Source: a bacterium
GTDB taxonomy: Bacteria; Margulisbacteria; Marinamargulisbacteria; GCA-2716485; JAYNIM01
Reading direction: 5' to 3'
Length of the DNA stretch: 64,000 nucleotides
Assembly: GCA_038109055.1 (NCBI GenBank)
Contig: JAYNIM010000001.1
Coordinates: 500,631-564,630 of the forward strand
In this document: piece after piece, positions 1-10,285 of the stretch
How positions within the stretch are numbered: the first letter of the stretch is position 1
Layout: each line of letters starts with the position of its first letter
The notes under the pieces: model-generated
The model's database searches: none
What the model was told of the DNA's origin: nothing
The model's input: only the letters and a program-made list of their open reading frames with translations
Made by a program: the position numbers and the translations under genes

Positions 1-229
1 TTGATTTTATTTTCTCGATTAAATGTAACGGCTCGAACTCTATATTTTCTTCTAATATCTGTCTATTTTCTTCAGAAATATTTGAAAAATCTTTGGTTTT
101 ATATTGATACTTTTTATATATCCAATCCATGAGTTGCTTGGCGACAAATTTTTTCATGTCTAATGCTGTGACTAGTTTTTCTAGCTCTTCTTTCGTTTTT
201 CCTAAAATTGATATCTTTTTTGTCTTCAT
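1..229 (-). CDS. rlmN: 23S rRNA (adenine2503-C2)-methyltransferase RlmN, N-terminal part; the gene runs off the left edge
   Basis: Minus-strand ATG at 229 (absent from the ORF track because the ORF is truncated). My translation is MKTKKISILGKTKEELEKLVTALDMKKFVAKQLMDWIYKKYQYKTKDFSNISEENRQILEE. It parallels the RlmN N-terminal domain pattern (INLLDL..QM.EFF..LGEKPFRA.QVMKWMY....F.EMT.I.K..R..L). Confidence 0.65.
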   Translation of the reverse strand, partial: MKTKKISILGKTKEELEKLVTALDMKKFVAKQLMDWIYKKYQYKTKDFSNISEENRQILEENIEFEPLHLIEKIKS

Positions 230-274
230 TATTTATGTTTCATCTATGCTTGTTTTTGGGTATATTAGGTAATA

Positions 275-1294
275 ATGGAACAAGAATTACGTCACTTAAA
301 ACAAGAATTGGCTCTTATTAGTGATGAGTCAAAAACGTATTTCAAACTCATCTTGCAACAATTATCTCGAATTGCACACTTAAACCCTAACGATAAATAT
401 CTTAAGCTTTTATCTAGTAATCTACAAGAATATGCCGACTCTATCGATGTTTTTCAACCTTATCACAATTATCCAAAAGTATGTTTGTTTGGATCTGCAC
501 GAACGTCTGCCAACACTCTTCTTTATCAGTTATCTGAGTCTATTTCTAAGCAATTAAGTGATGCTGGCTTTATGATTATCACAGGTGCGGGTCCTGGTAT
601 TATGGAAGCTGGAAATAAAGGGGCTCAAGACCAGGGTTTTGGGCTTAATATTTTGCTTCCTTTTGAGCAAGAGTCTAATCCGTTTATTCGAGATAGTGAT
701 AAACTTGTCTCTTATAAATATTTCTTTCTTCGAAAACTTATGTTTGTTAAAGAATCTCAGGCGACTGTCTTGTTTCCGGGAGGCTTTGGCACTTTTGATG
801 AGGCCTTTGAGCTTTTAACATTAATACAAACAGGCCGAACATCCCCACGCCCCATTGTTCTTTTTGATGAGCCTGGAAGTATCTACTGGAAAAGGTGGAT
901 TGAACTTTTTTATGAGCAACTTTTGGATACACACTATATCTCAAAAGATGATCTCTTATTATTTCAGCATTTTCAATCTATTACTCCTGCTGTTAATTAT
1001 ATTCAGACATTTTATCGCGTTTATCATTCTATCCGTTACCTTGATGACTATAGTATTATTTATCTTAATTGCACACTATCTTTGGATTTTGTTGCATCAT
1101 TGAATGAACAGTTTTCGCATATTCTTACCGAAGGTCACTTTAGCTATCATAAAGCTGATCACAACCCATGTCCCCTTGATTCTACGTCTCCTACTCCTTG
1201 CTTAACCTTTTCTTTTGATAAAAAACAATTTAGCACACTGGTCTTGTTGATTGATGCGTTAAATAAATTTGACTCGTCTCCCAGAAATTCTTGA
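275..1294 (+). CDS. LOG-family protein (TIGR00730-type nucleotide 5'-monophosphate nucleosidase / 'lysine decarboxylase-like') with a ~100 aa C-terminal extension
   Basis: Motifs VCLFGSARTS, ITGAGPGIMEAGNKGA, GLNILLPFEQESN and the LOG signature PGGFGTFDEAFELLTLIQTG. Confidence 0.75.
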   Translation: MEQELRHLKQELALISDESKTYFKLILQQLSRIAHLNPNDKYLKLLSSNLQEYADSIDVFQPYHNYPKVCLFGSARTSANTLLYQLSESISKQLSDAGFMIITGAGPGIMEAGNKGAQDQGFGLNILLPFEQESNPFIRDSDKLVSYKYFFLRKLMFVKESQATVLFPGGFGTFDEAFELLTLIQTGRTSPRPIVLFDEPGSIYWKRWIELFYEQLLDTHYISKDDLLLFQHFQSITPAVNYIQTFYRVYHSIRYLDDYSIIYLNCTLSLDFVASLNEQFSHILTEGHFSYHKADHNPCPLDSTSPTPCLTFSFDKKQFSTLVLLIDALNKFDSSPRNS

Positions 1295-1343
1295 GTATCT
1301 CTTTCTCTACCTTTTTCATTGATCTTTGTCTCTTATTTTTAAT

Positions 1344-1372
1344 TTGACGCTTGTTTTATTTAGTGGTAAATA
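1344..1372 (+). promoter_or_regulatory. Candidate sigma70-type promoter upstream of exbB
   Basis: TTGACG (1344-1349), 17-nt spacer, TAAATA (1367-1372), about 35 nt upstream of the exbB ATG. Pattern match only. Confidence 0.35.
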
Positions 1373-1405
1373 TTTATTTGATGATGTTCACTGTTAAATA
1401 TAGCT

Positions 1406-2008
1406 ATGTTTGAGTTATTCACTAAAGGTGGCCCAATCATGTGGGTATTGCTTGTGTGTTCAATGTTAGGCAGTTATATTGTTTTTTATAAATTATTCTA
1501 TTTCATTTTTCAAAATATTTCGTACACAAAAGTACGATCTGATGTTCAACGTATTATTAAAAATAATCAACCTGACGTTGCTATTGCTCAACTTCAGGGT
1601 CGCAATAATGTCTTAAAGAATGCTGCAGCAGAAGCGATTAAATCTGTACACCTATCTAGAGATAATCTTCATGATTCCCTACGTACCTATCTCTTAGAGC
1701 ATGTTTCCAAACTAGAACGTCACATGCCTATTTTGTCTAGTTTAATTACGATCACACCTATTTTGGGACTGATGGGAACTGTTTTAGGTCTTATGCATAT
1801 TTTCCAGGTGATATCTGGTGGTGGTATCGGCAACACAGAAGCCTTGTCTTTAGGTATAGCAGAAGCGCTCATTACGACCGTTGCTGGCCTTGCAATTGCT
1901 GTCCCTCTTATTGTGATGAATCATTACTTACAGCATCGTATTGAAGCACTTGCTCTTCAAATTGAGCGTATATTTCTAGATACTGTTCACTTTTGTAAAC
2001 AGATCTAA
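1406..2008 (+). CDS. exbB: MotA/TolQ/ExbB-family proton channel protein
   Basis: Three TM segments and the family C-terminal core LGLMGTVLGLMHIF...EALITTVAGLAIAVP. Followed by ExbD and TonB with overlapping stop/start codons. Confidence 0.85.
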   Translation: MFELFTKGGPIMWVLLVCSMLGSYIVFYKLFYFIFQNISYTKVRSDVQRIIKNNQPDVAIAQLQGRNNVLKNAAAEAIKSVHLSRDNLHDSLRTYLLEHVSKLERHMPILSSLITITPILGLMGTVLGLMHIFQVISGGGIGNTEALSLGIAEALITTVAGLAIAVPLIVMNHYLQHRIEALALQIERIFLDTVHFCKQI

Positions 2009-2418
2009 TGTCGTTACACTATCCCACTTATAAAAAGCATCGACTTGAGCCTCGCATTGAGTTGGCTCCCCTTATCGATATTATTTTTGTGTTGCTTATT
2101 TTTTTTGCTGTTTCAAGTAGTCTTATTTTAAAAAATCAAGGTATTTCTCTTTTATTACCTAAGGCTAAAAGTGTCTCTACTCACAAAAATGAACTTATTG
2201 TTCATATCGATCAGCAACGTCGTATTTTTTTTAATAAGAACGCCATTTCACACAAAGGCTTTAACTCTGAGCTTCGTGATATGATCAAACAATCTCCTAA
2301 ACTTCAGGTTATTCTACGAGCAGATCGAGAAACCCCTTACCACTTTGTTATCAATGTCTTGGACCAGATACGTTTAGCTGGGTGTTATGATATTGTTTTA
2401 GCTGCTGAAAAACCTTAA
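2008..2418 (+). CDS. exbD: Biopolymer transport protein ExbD/TolR
   Basis: N-terminal ELAPLIDIIFVLLIFF TM motif plus a periplasmic domain (ILRADRETPYHFVINVLDQIRLAG). ATG overlaps the exbB stop. Confidence 0.85.
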   Translation: MSLHYPTYKKHRLEPRIELAPLIDIIFVLLIFFAVSSSLILKNQGISLLLPKAKSVSTHKNELIVHIDQQRRIFFNKNAISHKGFNSELRDMIKQSPKLQVILRADRETPYHFVINVLDQIRLAGCYDIVLAAEKP

Positions 2419-2421
2419 TTT

Positions 2422-2931
2422 ATGTTAAAAATTATTGCTATTTTTTTTACCATTGGCTTGCATCTTTTGCTTTTTTTTATTTCAATCCCTCAACGATTTA
2501 TGACTAAAGATGTTGCGGTTAATCATGTCCCTATTCTTCTGCCTGTTACCTTGGTTTCCGAACAGAAACAACCACTTTTGCTTCTTGCAGATTCTGAATC
2601 ACCTAAGCAGGTGAAAGTCAAAGAAAAAAAGAAAATTAAACCTACTCAATTACCAGGAGATCGTAAATTTGCAACTATTTCCAAAAAAGTTCGCCCTGTT
2701 TATCCGAAAAAAGCCCTTAATTATGACTGGAAGGGTAAGATTGTTGTTCAAGCTACTATTAATCCTAAAGGAAAAGTCAGTCATATTAAAATTTTGAAGT
2801 CAACAGGCTATACAATTTTAGATCAATCTTTTGTTCGGACTGTCATGCAGTATTATGTATTTAAACCAAAGCGTGTCATGGGCAAAAATGTCTCGTCTTT
2901 TTTAAAATTGAGCTATGATTTTGACCTTTAA
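2422..2931 (+). CDS. tonB: TonB-family energy transducer
   Basis: N-terminal TM anchor, Lys/Pro-rich linker, and C-terminal TonB domain (PVYPKKALNYDWKGKIVVQATINPKGKVSHIKILKSTGYTILDQS). Operon context with exbBD. Confidence 0.75.
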   Translation: MLKIIAIFFTIGLHLLLFFISIPQRFMTKDVAVNHVPILLPVTLVSEQKQPLLLLADSESPKQVKVKEKKKIKPTQLPGDRKFATISKKVRPVYPKKALNYDWKGKIVVQATINPKGKVSHIKILKSTGYTILDQSFVRTVMQYYVFKPKRVMGKNVSSFLKLSYDFDL

Positions 2932-4855
2932 ATCTTTGTGTCTTTTCTTTCTCGTGACATTTACTTCATTTCTTTTTGCAAAGGAAATCCCTTCTCCACT
3001 CATGCTTCAAAATGAATTCATTAAACTTATTGTTAATCAGGATCCAATTAATATAGGGCGCTTTGCTATTGAAACTAGTCAAGGTGATCCAAAAAATAAA
3101 CGCGATGATGAAAAGCCCTTAATCTTTGGGCGTCCTTATCCTTGGACCTCCTACACCACAATCTATCTAGATGGTAAAATCTATATTTTTGGTGGTAAGA
3201 ACCCTAAATATCAAAAGCGTAGTTCTGAAAATTTGCACTTTGGTCAGGTTATACATCAGACAATTGAAAACAATCAGATTATTACAGTTTGTCGTTTTGA
3301 TGATTTATCTGTCACCCAACGTTTGTATTTTTTTCGACATCCAAACTCAAAGGTGTTTGATACCGCTATGCTTCATTATGAGGTTCATAATCTTGGATCT
3401 AAGAAACACCGTGTAGGGTTAAGAGTGATGTTAGATACCATGTTGGGGTCTAATGATGCAGCACCTTTTCGTTTTGGCTCATCTGTTATTACATCTGAAA
3501 AACAATTTCACAAAAAAGATTTTTTTAATTACTGGCAAACATTTGATAATTTAAAATCCCCTACAATTATTGCACAGGGCACGGTCCTTTTAGACAATCC
3601 TAATTTTATTGTTCCAGATCGTATTTTACTTTCGAATTGGGGACATTTGGTGGCTAATCCTTGGAAGGAAAACTATAAAAAAGAGCGTAGCTTTATACGG
3701 CAAGGTGAATTAGAACAAGACACGGCCTTGGCGTTGTATTGGGACCCTAGCACCTTGTCAGCGAATGAAACCAGGCACTACCAAACGCTTTATGGACTGG
3801 GCGGGGTTAATCTCAATGCGGGAGAACTTACCTTAGGAATGAGTGCCCCTAAACAACTTAATCAATTACAGAAAAAACCTTTTCTTATCATGGCCTATTT
3901 ACTTAATGCGGGAGGTTATGATTCTTATGACACGAGCATTTCTATTCAACTCCCTGAAGGTTTTTCCTTAGTTAAAGGTAAACTTCAACATTCTCTTGGT
4001 TTATTAAAAGCAAATGATACCTATCAATTTCCTCTTCAACTCTCTATTAAACCTAAACTTATCAAGACAGGCGCCCAACTTGTGACTTTTTCTGTTCAAT
4101 CAAAAAGTTTGGAAGATAATAGTTTAACTCAATCTATTAACGTTTTATCTCCTAGCCCAGCTAAAATCAATTTATCTATGCAAAAACAAATTTATCAACC
4201 TGATTCCGTGGTTTTTGTTCCTGTAAAATTAAGCATTCAAAATACCAGTCCTTTTCCTCTTGAGCATGTTACCTGTCAAATTCAACCCAATAAAGGTCAT
4301 TTTACCATTCCAAATTTTGAAATTCCTAGTAAATCTATTTTCTTGGCTCCGTATGCAAGTAAAGACATTAACTGGCTCTTATCTTTAGCTCCTAGTCAAC
4401 GTAATCATGCTGAATTATTTGTCAAAGTAGACTCTAGCTTTGATACCAACTATCTTTATGCACGTGCTGATGTCTTTAAACATGATGCTTCTTTTGTTTT
4501 TCGAATGAGTGCAGAGGATGTCAAAATTCATGACTATTTTTTTCTAGAGTTTCAGCTACCTCAACGACTTTTGGATCAAAATCCCCGTATTGAGATTGAT
4601 TTTCCTGAGCATTTGATTGAACTGTTACGATTTAATGTTCCTTCTTTCCTTCATGATCAACATCAATCTCGTTATTATCAACGTGCTCCTTCTCGATTGA
4701 TGTTTGACCTTCGTTCTTTTGACAAATTGCCAAACAGAATCATTTTTCGTTTGCATTTTAAGGCAAAACAAAAGGGGTATTCCAGCTTACGTATCTATAA
4801 TCACGGACATTTAATTAAGTCTCAACCTATATTAATTAATGATGCTATGTTATGA
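2915..4855 (+). CDS. Secreted protein of unknown function (646 aa)
   Basis: Long ORF with a signal-like N-terminus (LCLFFLVTFTSFLFAKE). Start overlaps the tonB end. I recognised no family motif. Confidence 0.5.
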   Translation: MILTFKSLCLFFLVTFTSFLFAKEIPSPLMLQNEFIKLIVNQDPINIGRFAIETSQGDPKNKRDDEKPLIFGRPYPWTSYTTIYLDGKIYIFGGKNPKYQKRSSENLHFGQVIHQTIENNQIITVCRFDDLSVTQRLYFFRHPNSKVFDTAMLHYEVHNLGSKKHRVGLRVMLDTMLGSNDAAPFRFGSSVITSEKQFHKKDFFNYWQTFDNLKSPTIIAQGTVLLDNPNFIVPDRILLSNWGHLVANPWKENYKKERSFIRQGELEQDTALALYWDPSTLSANETRHYQTLYGLGGVNLNAGELTLGMSAPKQLNQLQKKPFLIMAYLLNAGGYDSYDTSISIQLPEGFSLVKGKLQHSLGLLKANDTYQFPLQLSIKPKLIKTGAQLVTFSVQSKSLEDNSLTQSINVLSPSPAKINLSMQKQIYQPDSVVFVPVKLSIQNTSPFPLEHVTCQIQPNKGHFTIPNFEIPSKSIFLAPYASKDINWLLSLAPSQRNHAELFVKVDSSFDTNYLYARADVFKHDASFVFRMSAEDVKIHDYFFLEFQLPQRLLDQNPRIEIDFPEHLIELLRFNVPSFLHDQHQSRYYQRAPSRLMFDLRSFDKLPNRIIFRLHFKAKQKGYSSLRIYNHGHLIKSQPILINDAML

Positions 4856-5349
4856 TTTCGAAGATGTTTATAAGGTTATTTTTGTGTATTTATATCTTAC
4901 TTTTGTGTCATTTTGTTCATGCGTTCAAAATCAATGATTTAAACTCTTCTGATCCAGCGTATAATGCCGTTAAATCATCTATTGATAACGGTTATTTATC
5001 TCTTTATAAGAATCGTACCTTTCAAGGAAAACGGCCAGTTACCCGAAAAGAGATGGCTATTCTTATCGAGCGTTTACTCACCCGTAAAGAAAATTCAACT
5101 CTAGACTCAGACAAAATCCAAGACTTGTCTCATTTGTCAGAAAATTTCAAGCCACTTCTTTCTAATCTTCAGGAAGAATATGATCTCTTACAGGGGCTCT
5201 TTTTTGGCATTCAAGAAGAAAATATTGCGCTACATCGTGATGTATCTGTCTTGCAAGACAAACATCGAAGCCAAGAGCTTAAATTAAAGCGTCAGCAATT
5301 ATGGATTTATGCGCTATGTGGTTTTTCGATGCTTAATCTTTTTCTTTAA
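4852..5349 (+). CDS. SLH-like domain / coiled-coil protein with N-terminal signal and C-terminal TM
   Basis: DPAYNAVKSSIDNGYLSLYKNRTFQGKRPVTRKEMAILIERLL resembles the S-layer-homology motif (..G...G..dgtF.P...vTR.E.A..l.r.l). The C-terminus is hydrophobic. Overlaps both neighbours by 1-4 nt. Confidence 0.45.
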   Translation: MISKMFIRLFLCIYILLLCHFVHAFKINDLNSSDPAYNAVKSSIDNGYLSLYKNRTFQGKRPVTRKEMAILIERLLTRKENSTLDSDKIQDLSHLSENFKPLLSNLQEEYDLLQGLFFGIQEENIALHRDVSVLQDKHRSQELKLKRQQLWIYALCGFSMLNLFL

Positions 5350-6152
5350 TGTCTGCTTTTGTTACATCCTATTTAAAGGAGGTTTTAGACACATGGATTG
5401 CTAAAAATCACCTCCGTAATGGTCTTTTATTCTATGGGTCTACCTCAGGCTTCCCTAATAAAGTGGCCAATTATTTTATACAGGCTTACTTCTCTTCTTC
5501 TACCTTCTCCCTTGATACAAATCCTGACTTTTTACATATCTATTCTGAAAAACAAATTAAAATTGATCATATTCGTCACATTCTAGATCGTGTACGTTAT
5601 GGTCCAACGCAGCACGAAAGCATGATTGTTTTTATTGAACATTTAGAACGTCTCACCATTGAAGCCTCTAATGCCTTACTTAAGACTCTTGAAACACCTC
5701 CTAAACATGTTTATTTTCTAAGTAGTAGTCATTTATTTTCGTCATTATTGCCAACTATTACGTCTCGTTGTCAGCCTATTTACTGCCCCTCACTGACCTA
5801 TGACCAGTTGTTTAGCGCTGTAAATATGACTGTCTCTGAGATTAGTTCTACCTCAACTTATGAAGACTTACTTAAACTTGCCTGTGGTGTGGATCATCCG
5901 TCATACTGTTCTTTTCATGACTTTTTACACTTTTCTTTGTCGAAGCGTTTTGCTTTCTTTCACCAATATATTGATACTAAAGAAACCTTTACGACCCTTT
6001 TATATCACTGGCTTTCTGAACTTTCTACAGATCAAACCTATCGCTATCTTTCTTTAAGTAAACTTTTAAGAGAAACATTAACCCGTTTAACTCATCACGT
6101 TAACCTTAAACTTCAATTTGATTCATTTATTAGTCAATTACCTATCACGTAG
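5349..6152 (+). CDS. holB: DNA polymerase III subunit delta'
   Basis: ASNALLKTLETPPKHVYFLSSS....LPTITSRCQPIY matches the clamp-loader delta' motifs (A.NALLKTLEEPP ... TI.SRC). Confidence 0.75.
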   Translation: MSAFVTSYLKEVLDTWIAKNHLRNGLLFYGSTSGFPNKVANYFIQAYFSSSTFSLDTNPDFLHIYSEKQIKIDHIRHILDRVRYGPTQHESMIVFIEHLERLTIEASNALLKTLETPPKHVYFLSSSHLFSSLLPTITSRCQPIYCPSLTYDQLFSAVNMTVSEISSTSTYEDLLKLACGVDHPSYCSFHDFLHFSLSKRFAFFHQYIDTKETFTTLLYHWLSELSTDQTYRYLSLSKLLRETLTRLTHHVNLKLQFDSFISQLPIT

Positions 6153-6233
6153 ACATAAATATTGATTTTCATTTTTCACTGCTTGATCATTTATGCTATA
6201 TTTGAGTTATATTTTAGAAGGAGGTGACTGTAA

Positions 6234-6434
6234 GTGACCGAAGATAATGCTAAACAAAGTGAACGTAAGCAAGTTGATAGTCTTAATAGAAAATTAGGGA
6301 AATTTAAACGAGACTCTAAAACTAAACTCATAAATTTACGTAAAAAAATGTATTATGAGAAACCTTCAGATTTAAAAAAACAGCGTTTTGCTGATGCTCA
6401 ACGTCGTACCCGTTCTCAACAACGTGAAGATTAA
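6234..6434 (+). CDS. rpsU: 30S ribosomal protein S21 (probable)
   Basis: GTG start 10 nt after AGGAGG (6218-6223). LNRKLGKFKRDSKTKLINLRKKMYYEKPSDLKKQR parallels the S21 pattern ALRRFKR..EK.G...E.RRR.FYEKPS..RKR. Confidence 0.6.
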   Translation: MTEDNAKQSERKQVDSLNRKLGKFKRDSKTKLINLRKKMYYEKPSDLKKQRFADAQRRTRSQQRED

Positions 6435-8837
6435 TTGACTACAACATTTTTTACGCCTCATTCTTTAAGCAAAGCAGCCCTATTTCAAAGTGCTTTGCTT
6501 AAGATTGATCGGCATAATATTCATAGTTCTTGTGATGATTTATATCAATTTATCACTCAATACCCTCAGCAATCTGTAGATGTATTCATTTATTTATATG
6601 AGCGTTTTAATGCGACTCAAAATAATTATTTACGTTTTTTAATTGCTAAGCTTTATTTTAAATTAGAGCAGTACTCTATGGCCTTTCTTGAATTAAAAAT
6701 ATTGTTAGAGCGAAAAGATATCGCTTCTGCAGCTTATCCACTTTTATTTCAATTGTATGAAAAAGGTTTATTTAAATCTGAAATTATTAGCATTTTTGAA
6801 TTGTCGCATCGTGATGATCGTGACGAGTCTTTTTTGTTGGATTATTTACCTAAACTATATGTTGAAGATAAAAAATTTGACGAGTTAATTTCTTTCTATA
6901 CGGAATTAATTCATATTTCGCCTAATGATCTTCATTTGCAAGACAAATTGGCGTCAGCTTACCTGCGTGTCTCTCGTTATGAAGACGCCATTTCAACTTA
7001 CACAGCTATTTTTTCTAGTAACTCTGAATGGCGATATAAAGTAATTCCTCAAATTGAATCTTTTGTTAATGAACATTCGGATCTATTTTCTATGCGCTAC
7101 TTTTTAATTGATCTTTATATTAAACAGTGCCTTCCTGATAAAGCCCTTGCTTCTTTATCCTTACTTAACTCTGAATCTTCGAAGCATGCTGAAAAAGGCC
7201 TAGAGTATTGTAAACATATTATGGATATTTATCCGAATCATTTTAATACCCTCGTATTTTCAGCTGAGCTTTATTATAAACTGGATCGTTATACTGAATC
7301 TGTTACGGTTTTAACATCAGCATTTGCTCTTAATTCTGACAATCATCTTGTTATTCTTACCTTGTTAAAAAAAATACTTTCCCAAGAACCATCGCAAGTT
7401 TCCGCAAAACTTTTGTTATGTGATATTTATTTTAAGCAAAATAATTTGTCTTCTTACGTTCACATTCTTACTGAGCTTATTGAGAGTGAATACCCGGATC
7501 TAAACGAACTTCATTCTCGTATTAATAAACTCAAATCTGATGATAAGAGGGCGCTTAAATTGAAAGCCTTAATTTATTTATACCAAGGTGATGCACGCTG
7601 TTTAAGCATCTGTGAATCATTAAATGACTCCTCCATGTCGTTTGATATCTCTGTTATTGTTCTTCGATATTATTTCAAAAAAAATATGCTTTCTAAGGTC
7701 AAAGATACTCTAAAGGAATTGTTACTAGCTTCTCCATTTTCCTATGATCTTCATGATTATATCAAACAACTGCATCATTCTGCGATTCGAAATGATATTC
7801 AAATACTTAAACGTCATCAACCTAATGTTCAAAGTAACCGTCTTTCATTTCGTTTAGGATTACTTCACTTGCGTCAGGAAAATGTATTGACTGCCATTGA
7901 TTGTTTTCAACATGTTTCTTCAGAACATGTGCTTTATCAAAAATCAAATGCTTTGCTTGGACGTTGTTTTTTTGAAATTGGTCGTTTTGATCTTGCACAG
8001 CAAATTTTTCAACGTTTAATGATTCACTGTAAAAAGTCATCTCGATTTTTTACTAATCAAATTAGGTTTTCTAATGCTTGTAGCCAGATACTTAATGGTA
8101 ATCTGCAAAGTGGTATACGCTTACTTGAGCAAATTTATGCATCTCAAGTAACCTTTCCATGTTTACAAAATATGCTTTCTTATTATAAGAGTTTTCATTT
8201 TGATGATGGGCGTAGTCCTTTTCTTACGGCTTTTTATTTTAAAGATCGTTTTTTCCCTTGCACATTTTATCATTCTTCTATTTTTGATCACTATGAAGAT
8301 AGTTCTAAAAACGCCTGTTTATTTACGCTTAACTATAAAGCCATGCAGCATATTTTATCGTCTCATTATCAACTTGCAAGAGTTGAATTTATATCTATAC
8401 TACAACAAGCCCCGTCTTATGTGCCTGCAAAATTCAATCTTTGTCTGCTTAATATTTTGATGGATAATATTCCTGATGCTCAACGCTTGTTAGACACTCT
8501 TCGTGATTATAAAAACCTTGAAGTTCTTGCGTCGCTTTTTCAAAGTTTTATTGATCTAAAAAAAAATAAAATTTCTTCAGCTTTAACGTCGTTAAAAGAT
8601 CTAGCTTCTTCCTTTCAAACTCCAGAATACTTTTTACATTATAGTAGTTGTTTTTTGCTTAACAAGGATATTTCTGCTAGTCTTTCCCCATTAAAAGATA
8701 GTTGTAATGTTGCAATTCTGTTTCCTTTTATTCAACGATTACATGCTTACTTAGAAATTAACTCATTGGATATTACATATTGGTTGTCTCCTTTATCTTT
8801 TTCCTTTAACAGTCTTCTTAAGCGTTTTTATACATAA
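6435..8837 (+). CDS. TPR-repeat protein (800 aa)
   Basis: Long all-helical ORF with many TPR-like 34-residue units (e.g. AKLYFKLEQYSMAFLELKILLE, ASAYLRVSRYEDAISTYTAIF, GRCFFEIGRFDLAQQIFQRL). TTG start directly after the rpsU stop. Confidence 0.6.
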   Translation: MTTTFFTPHSLSKAALFQSALLKIDRHNIHSSCDDLYQFITQYPQQSVDVFIYLYERFNATQNNYLRFLIAKLYFKLEQYSMAFLELKILLERKDIASAAYPLLFQLYEKGLFKSEIISIFELSHRDDRDESFLLDYLPKLYVEDKKFDELISFYTELIHISPNDLHLQDKLASAYLRVSRYEDAISTYTAIFSSNSEWRYKVIPQIESFVNEHSDLFSMRYFLIDLYIKQCLPDKALASLSLLNSESSKHAEKGLEYCKHIMDIYPNHFNTLVFSAELYYKLDRYTESVTVLTSAFALNSDNHLVILTLLKKILSQEPSQVSAKLLLCDIYFKQNNLSSYVHILTELIESEYPDLNELHSRINKLKSDDKRALKLKALIYLYQGDARCLSICESLNDSSMSFDISVIVLRYYFKKNMLSKVKDTLKELLLASPFSYDLHDYIKQLHHSAIRNDIQILKRHQPNVQSNRLSFRLGLLHLRQENVLTAIDCFQHVSSEHVLYQKSNALLGRCFFEIGRFDLAQQIFQRLMIHCKKSSRFFTNQIRFSNACSQILNGNLQSGIRLLEQIYASQVTFPCLQNMLSYYKSFHFDDGRSPFLTAFYFKDRFFPCTFYHSSIFDHYEDSSKNACLFTLNYKAMQHILSSHYQLARVEFISILQQAPSYVPAKFNLCLLNILMDNIPDAQRLLDTLRDYKNLEVLASLFQSFIDLKKNKISSALTSLKDLASSFQTPEYFLHYSSCFLLNKDISASLSPLKDSCNVAILFPFIQRLHAYLEINSLDITYWLSPLSFSFNSLLKRFYT

Positions 8838-8849
8838 AATTTTTATTTC

Positions 8850-10280
8850 ATGTTTATGTCATTAAAACTAATGCCTATTCTATGTCATAGATTCGGCCTC
8901 TTTCATCATATATTACTATTTCGTTTAAGCTATATGTCTTTTTTTATGCTCCCCTGTCTATCAGCCTTTTTGTTATTTATCCCTTTTATTCTTCCCTCTT
9001 TATTCTATCTCCAATATCTTGCATTTCTTCCTTTATTTTATTTGCTTTCTTTTAGTAAATCTCGCTGTATTTTTGTTATTATATTTATATTCCTTTTTGC
9101 TTATTTGGCTTTACATCATTTATGGTTCTTTTTTCTTTCTCCCTGGATCCCTGTTTTTTATATTTTTATTTTTTATTTTTTTTATATTTTATCTTTAGCT
9201 CTTATTTTTTCTTTGCTGCTGTTTTTCTTACTTTATTGTAGAAAGACCTTTTTATTTTTTATCCCTTTTTGGATATTTTTTGAGTGGGTCTGTGAGCATG
9301 TTTTTTTAAATCCTAGTTTATATCTTGCATACGCTCAAGGAAAAAATTTATTTTTTAGTCAATGGGCCTCAATACTTCCTCTGCCTTTATTTGCTTTTAT
9401 TATTTTATTGCTTAATCTCCTTTTATTTTTTCTTTTCTCTGCACATCACATTAAATTAAGCGTTTGTATGATCCTTTGTGTACTATTTTTTATGCATGCT
9501 CCTGGTTTTATCAGACTACAAAATCAACCCCTTATTAAAGATTATATCTCGGTTGTTGCGATACATGCCCAACATAGTCAACATCAACGTTTAGACCCTA
9601 ATTTATCCCTGATGAACTTTCACGATTATCTTAGCTTGAGTCGTTCTATTTTAGATCAACAATCCGCTAATTTACTTATTTGGCCAGAAACTTCTACATC
9701 TTATTTTGTGATTGACGATCCTAGTATTAAGGAAACGCTTCAGTCTTTCTGTCTACGCTATTCCTGTGATCTAGTTTTGGGTAGCAAGCACGTCGATAAT
9801 GACTTATATTTTAATGGCGCTGCACATTTTCATTCAACTCAAAAAACACCTAATTTTGTTAATAAACATCGCCTTATGCCTATTGGTGAGTACTGGCCCT
9901 TTCCCTTTTTCACTACACGTTATCAACAACTTTTTTCAGTGCACAGCTATACAGCAACTGATTCTATTAAGCTATTTTCTATTTCTAACTACCCTATTGC
10001 TCTTGCTATATGTTTAGATGCCAGTTCTGTCTCTTTATTCCAATCTTTTAAACATCAAGGGGCTGTGGCAGCAATTGTTTTGGCTAATCTTGCTTGGTTT
10101 GAAGATCCATTTATCAAAGAACGGTTTTTTAGGTTCTGCCAATTTCGTGCCATTCAAATGGGTAAATCTCTTTATGTGTTGGCAAATTATGGCCGCTCAG
10201 CCTTATTCAACCCTTTTGGTCAAGCATCTATTGTTTCAGAGGACCGTTTTTCTCATCGCTTCCTTATGCCAATTTACTAA
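8850..10280 (+). CDS. lnt: Apolipoprotein N-acyltransferase
   Basis: Polytopic hydrophobic N-terminal half plus a CN-hydrolase domain with the E/K/C triad context LLIWPETS, NKHRLMPIGEYWPF, ALAICLDAS. Confidence 0.75.
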   Translation: MFMSLKLMPILCHRFGLFHHILLFRLSYMSFFMLPCLSAFLLFIPFILPSLFYLQYLAFLPLFYLLSFSKSRCIFVIIFIFLFAYLALHHLWFFFLSPWIPVFYIFIFYFFYILSLALIFSLLLFFLLYCRKTFLFFIPFWIFFEWVCEHVFLNPSLYLAYAQGKNLFFSQWASILPLPLFAFIILLLNLLLFFLFSAHHIKLSVCMILCVLFFMHAPGFIRLQNQPLIKDYISVVAIHAQHSQHQRLDPNLSLMNFHDYLSLSRSILDQQSANLLIWPETSTSYFVIDDPSIKETLQSFCLRYSCDLVLGSKHVDNDLYFNGAAHFHSTQKTPNFVNKHRLMPIGEYWPFPFFTTRYQQLFSVHSYTATDSIKLFSISNYPIALAICLDASSVSLFQSFKHQGAVAAIVLANLAWFEDPFIKERFFRFCQFRAIQMGKSLYVLANYGRSALFNPFGQASIVSEDRFSHRFLMPIY

Positions 10281-10285
10281 AAAAT

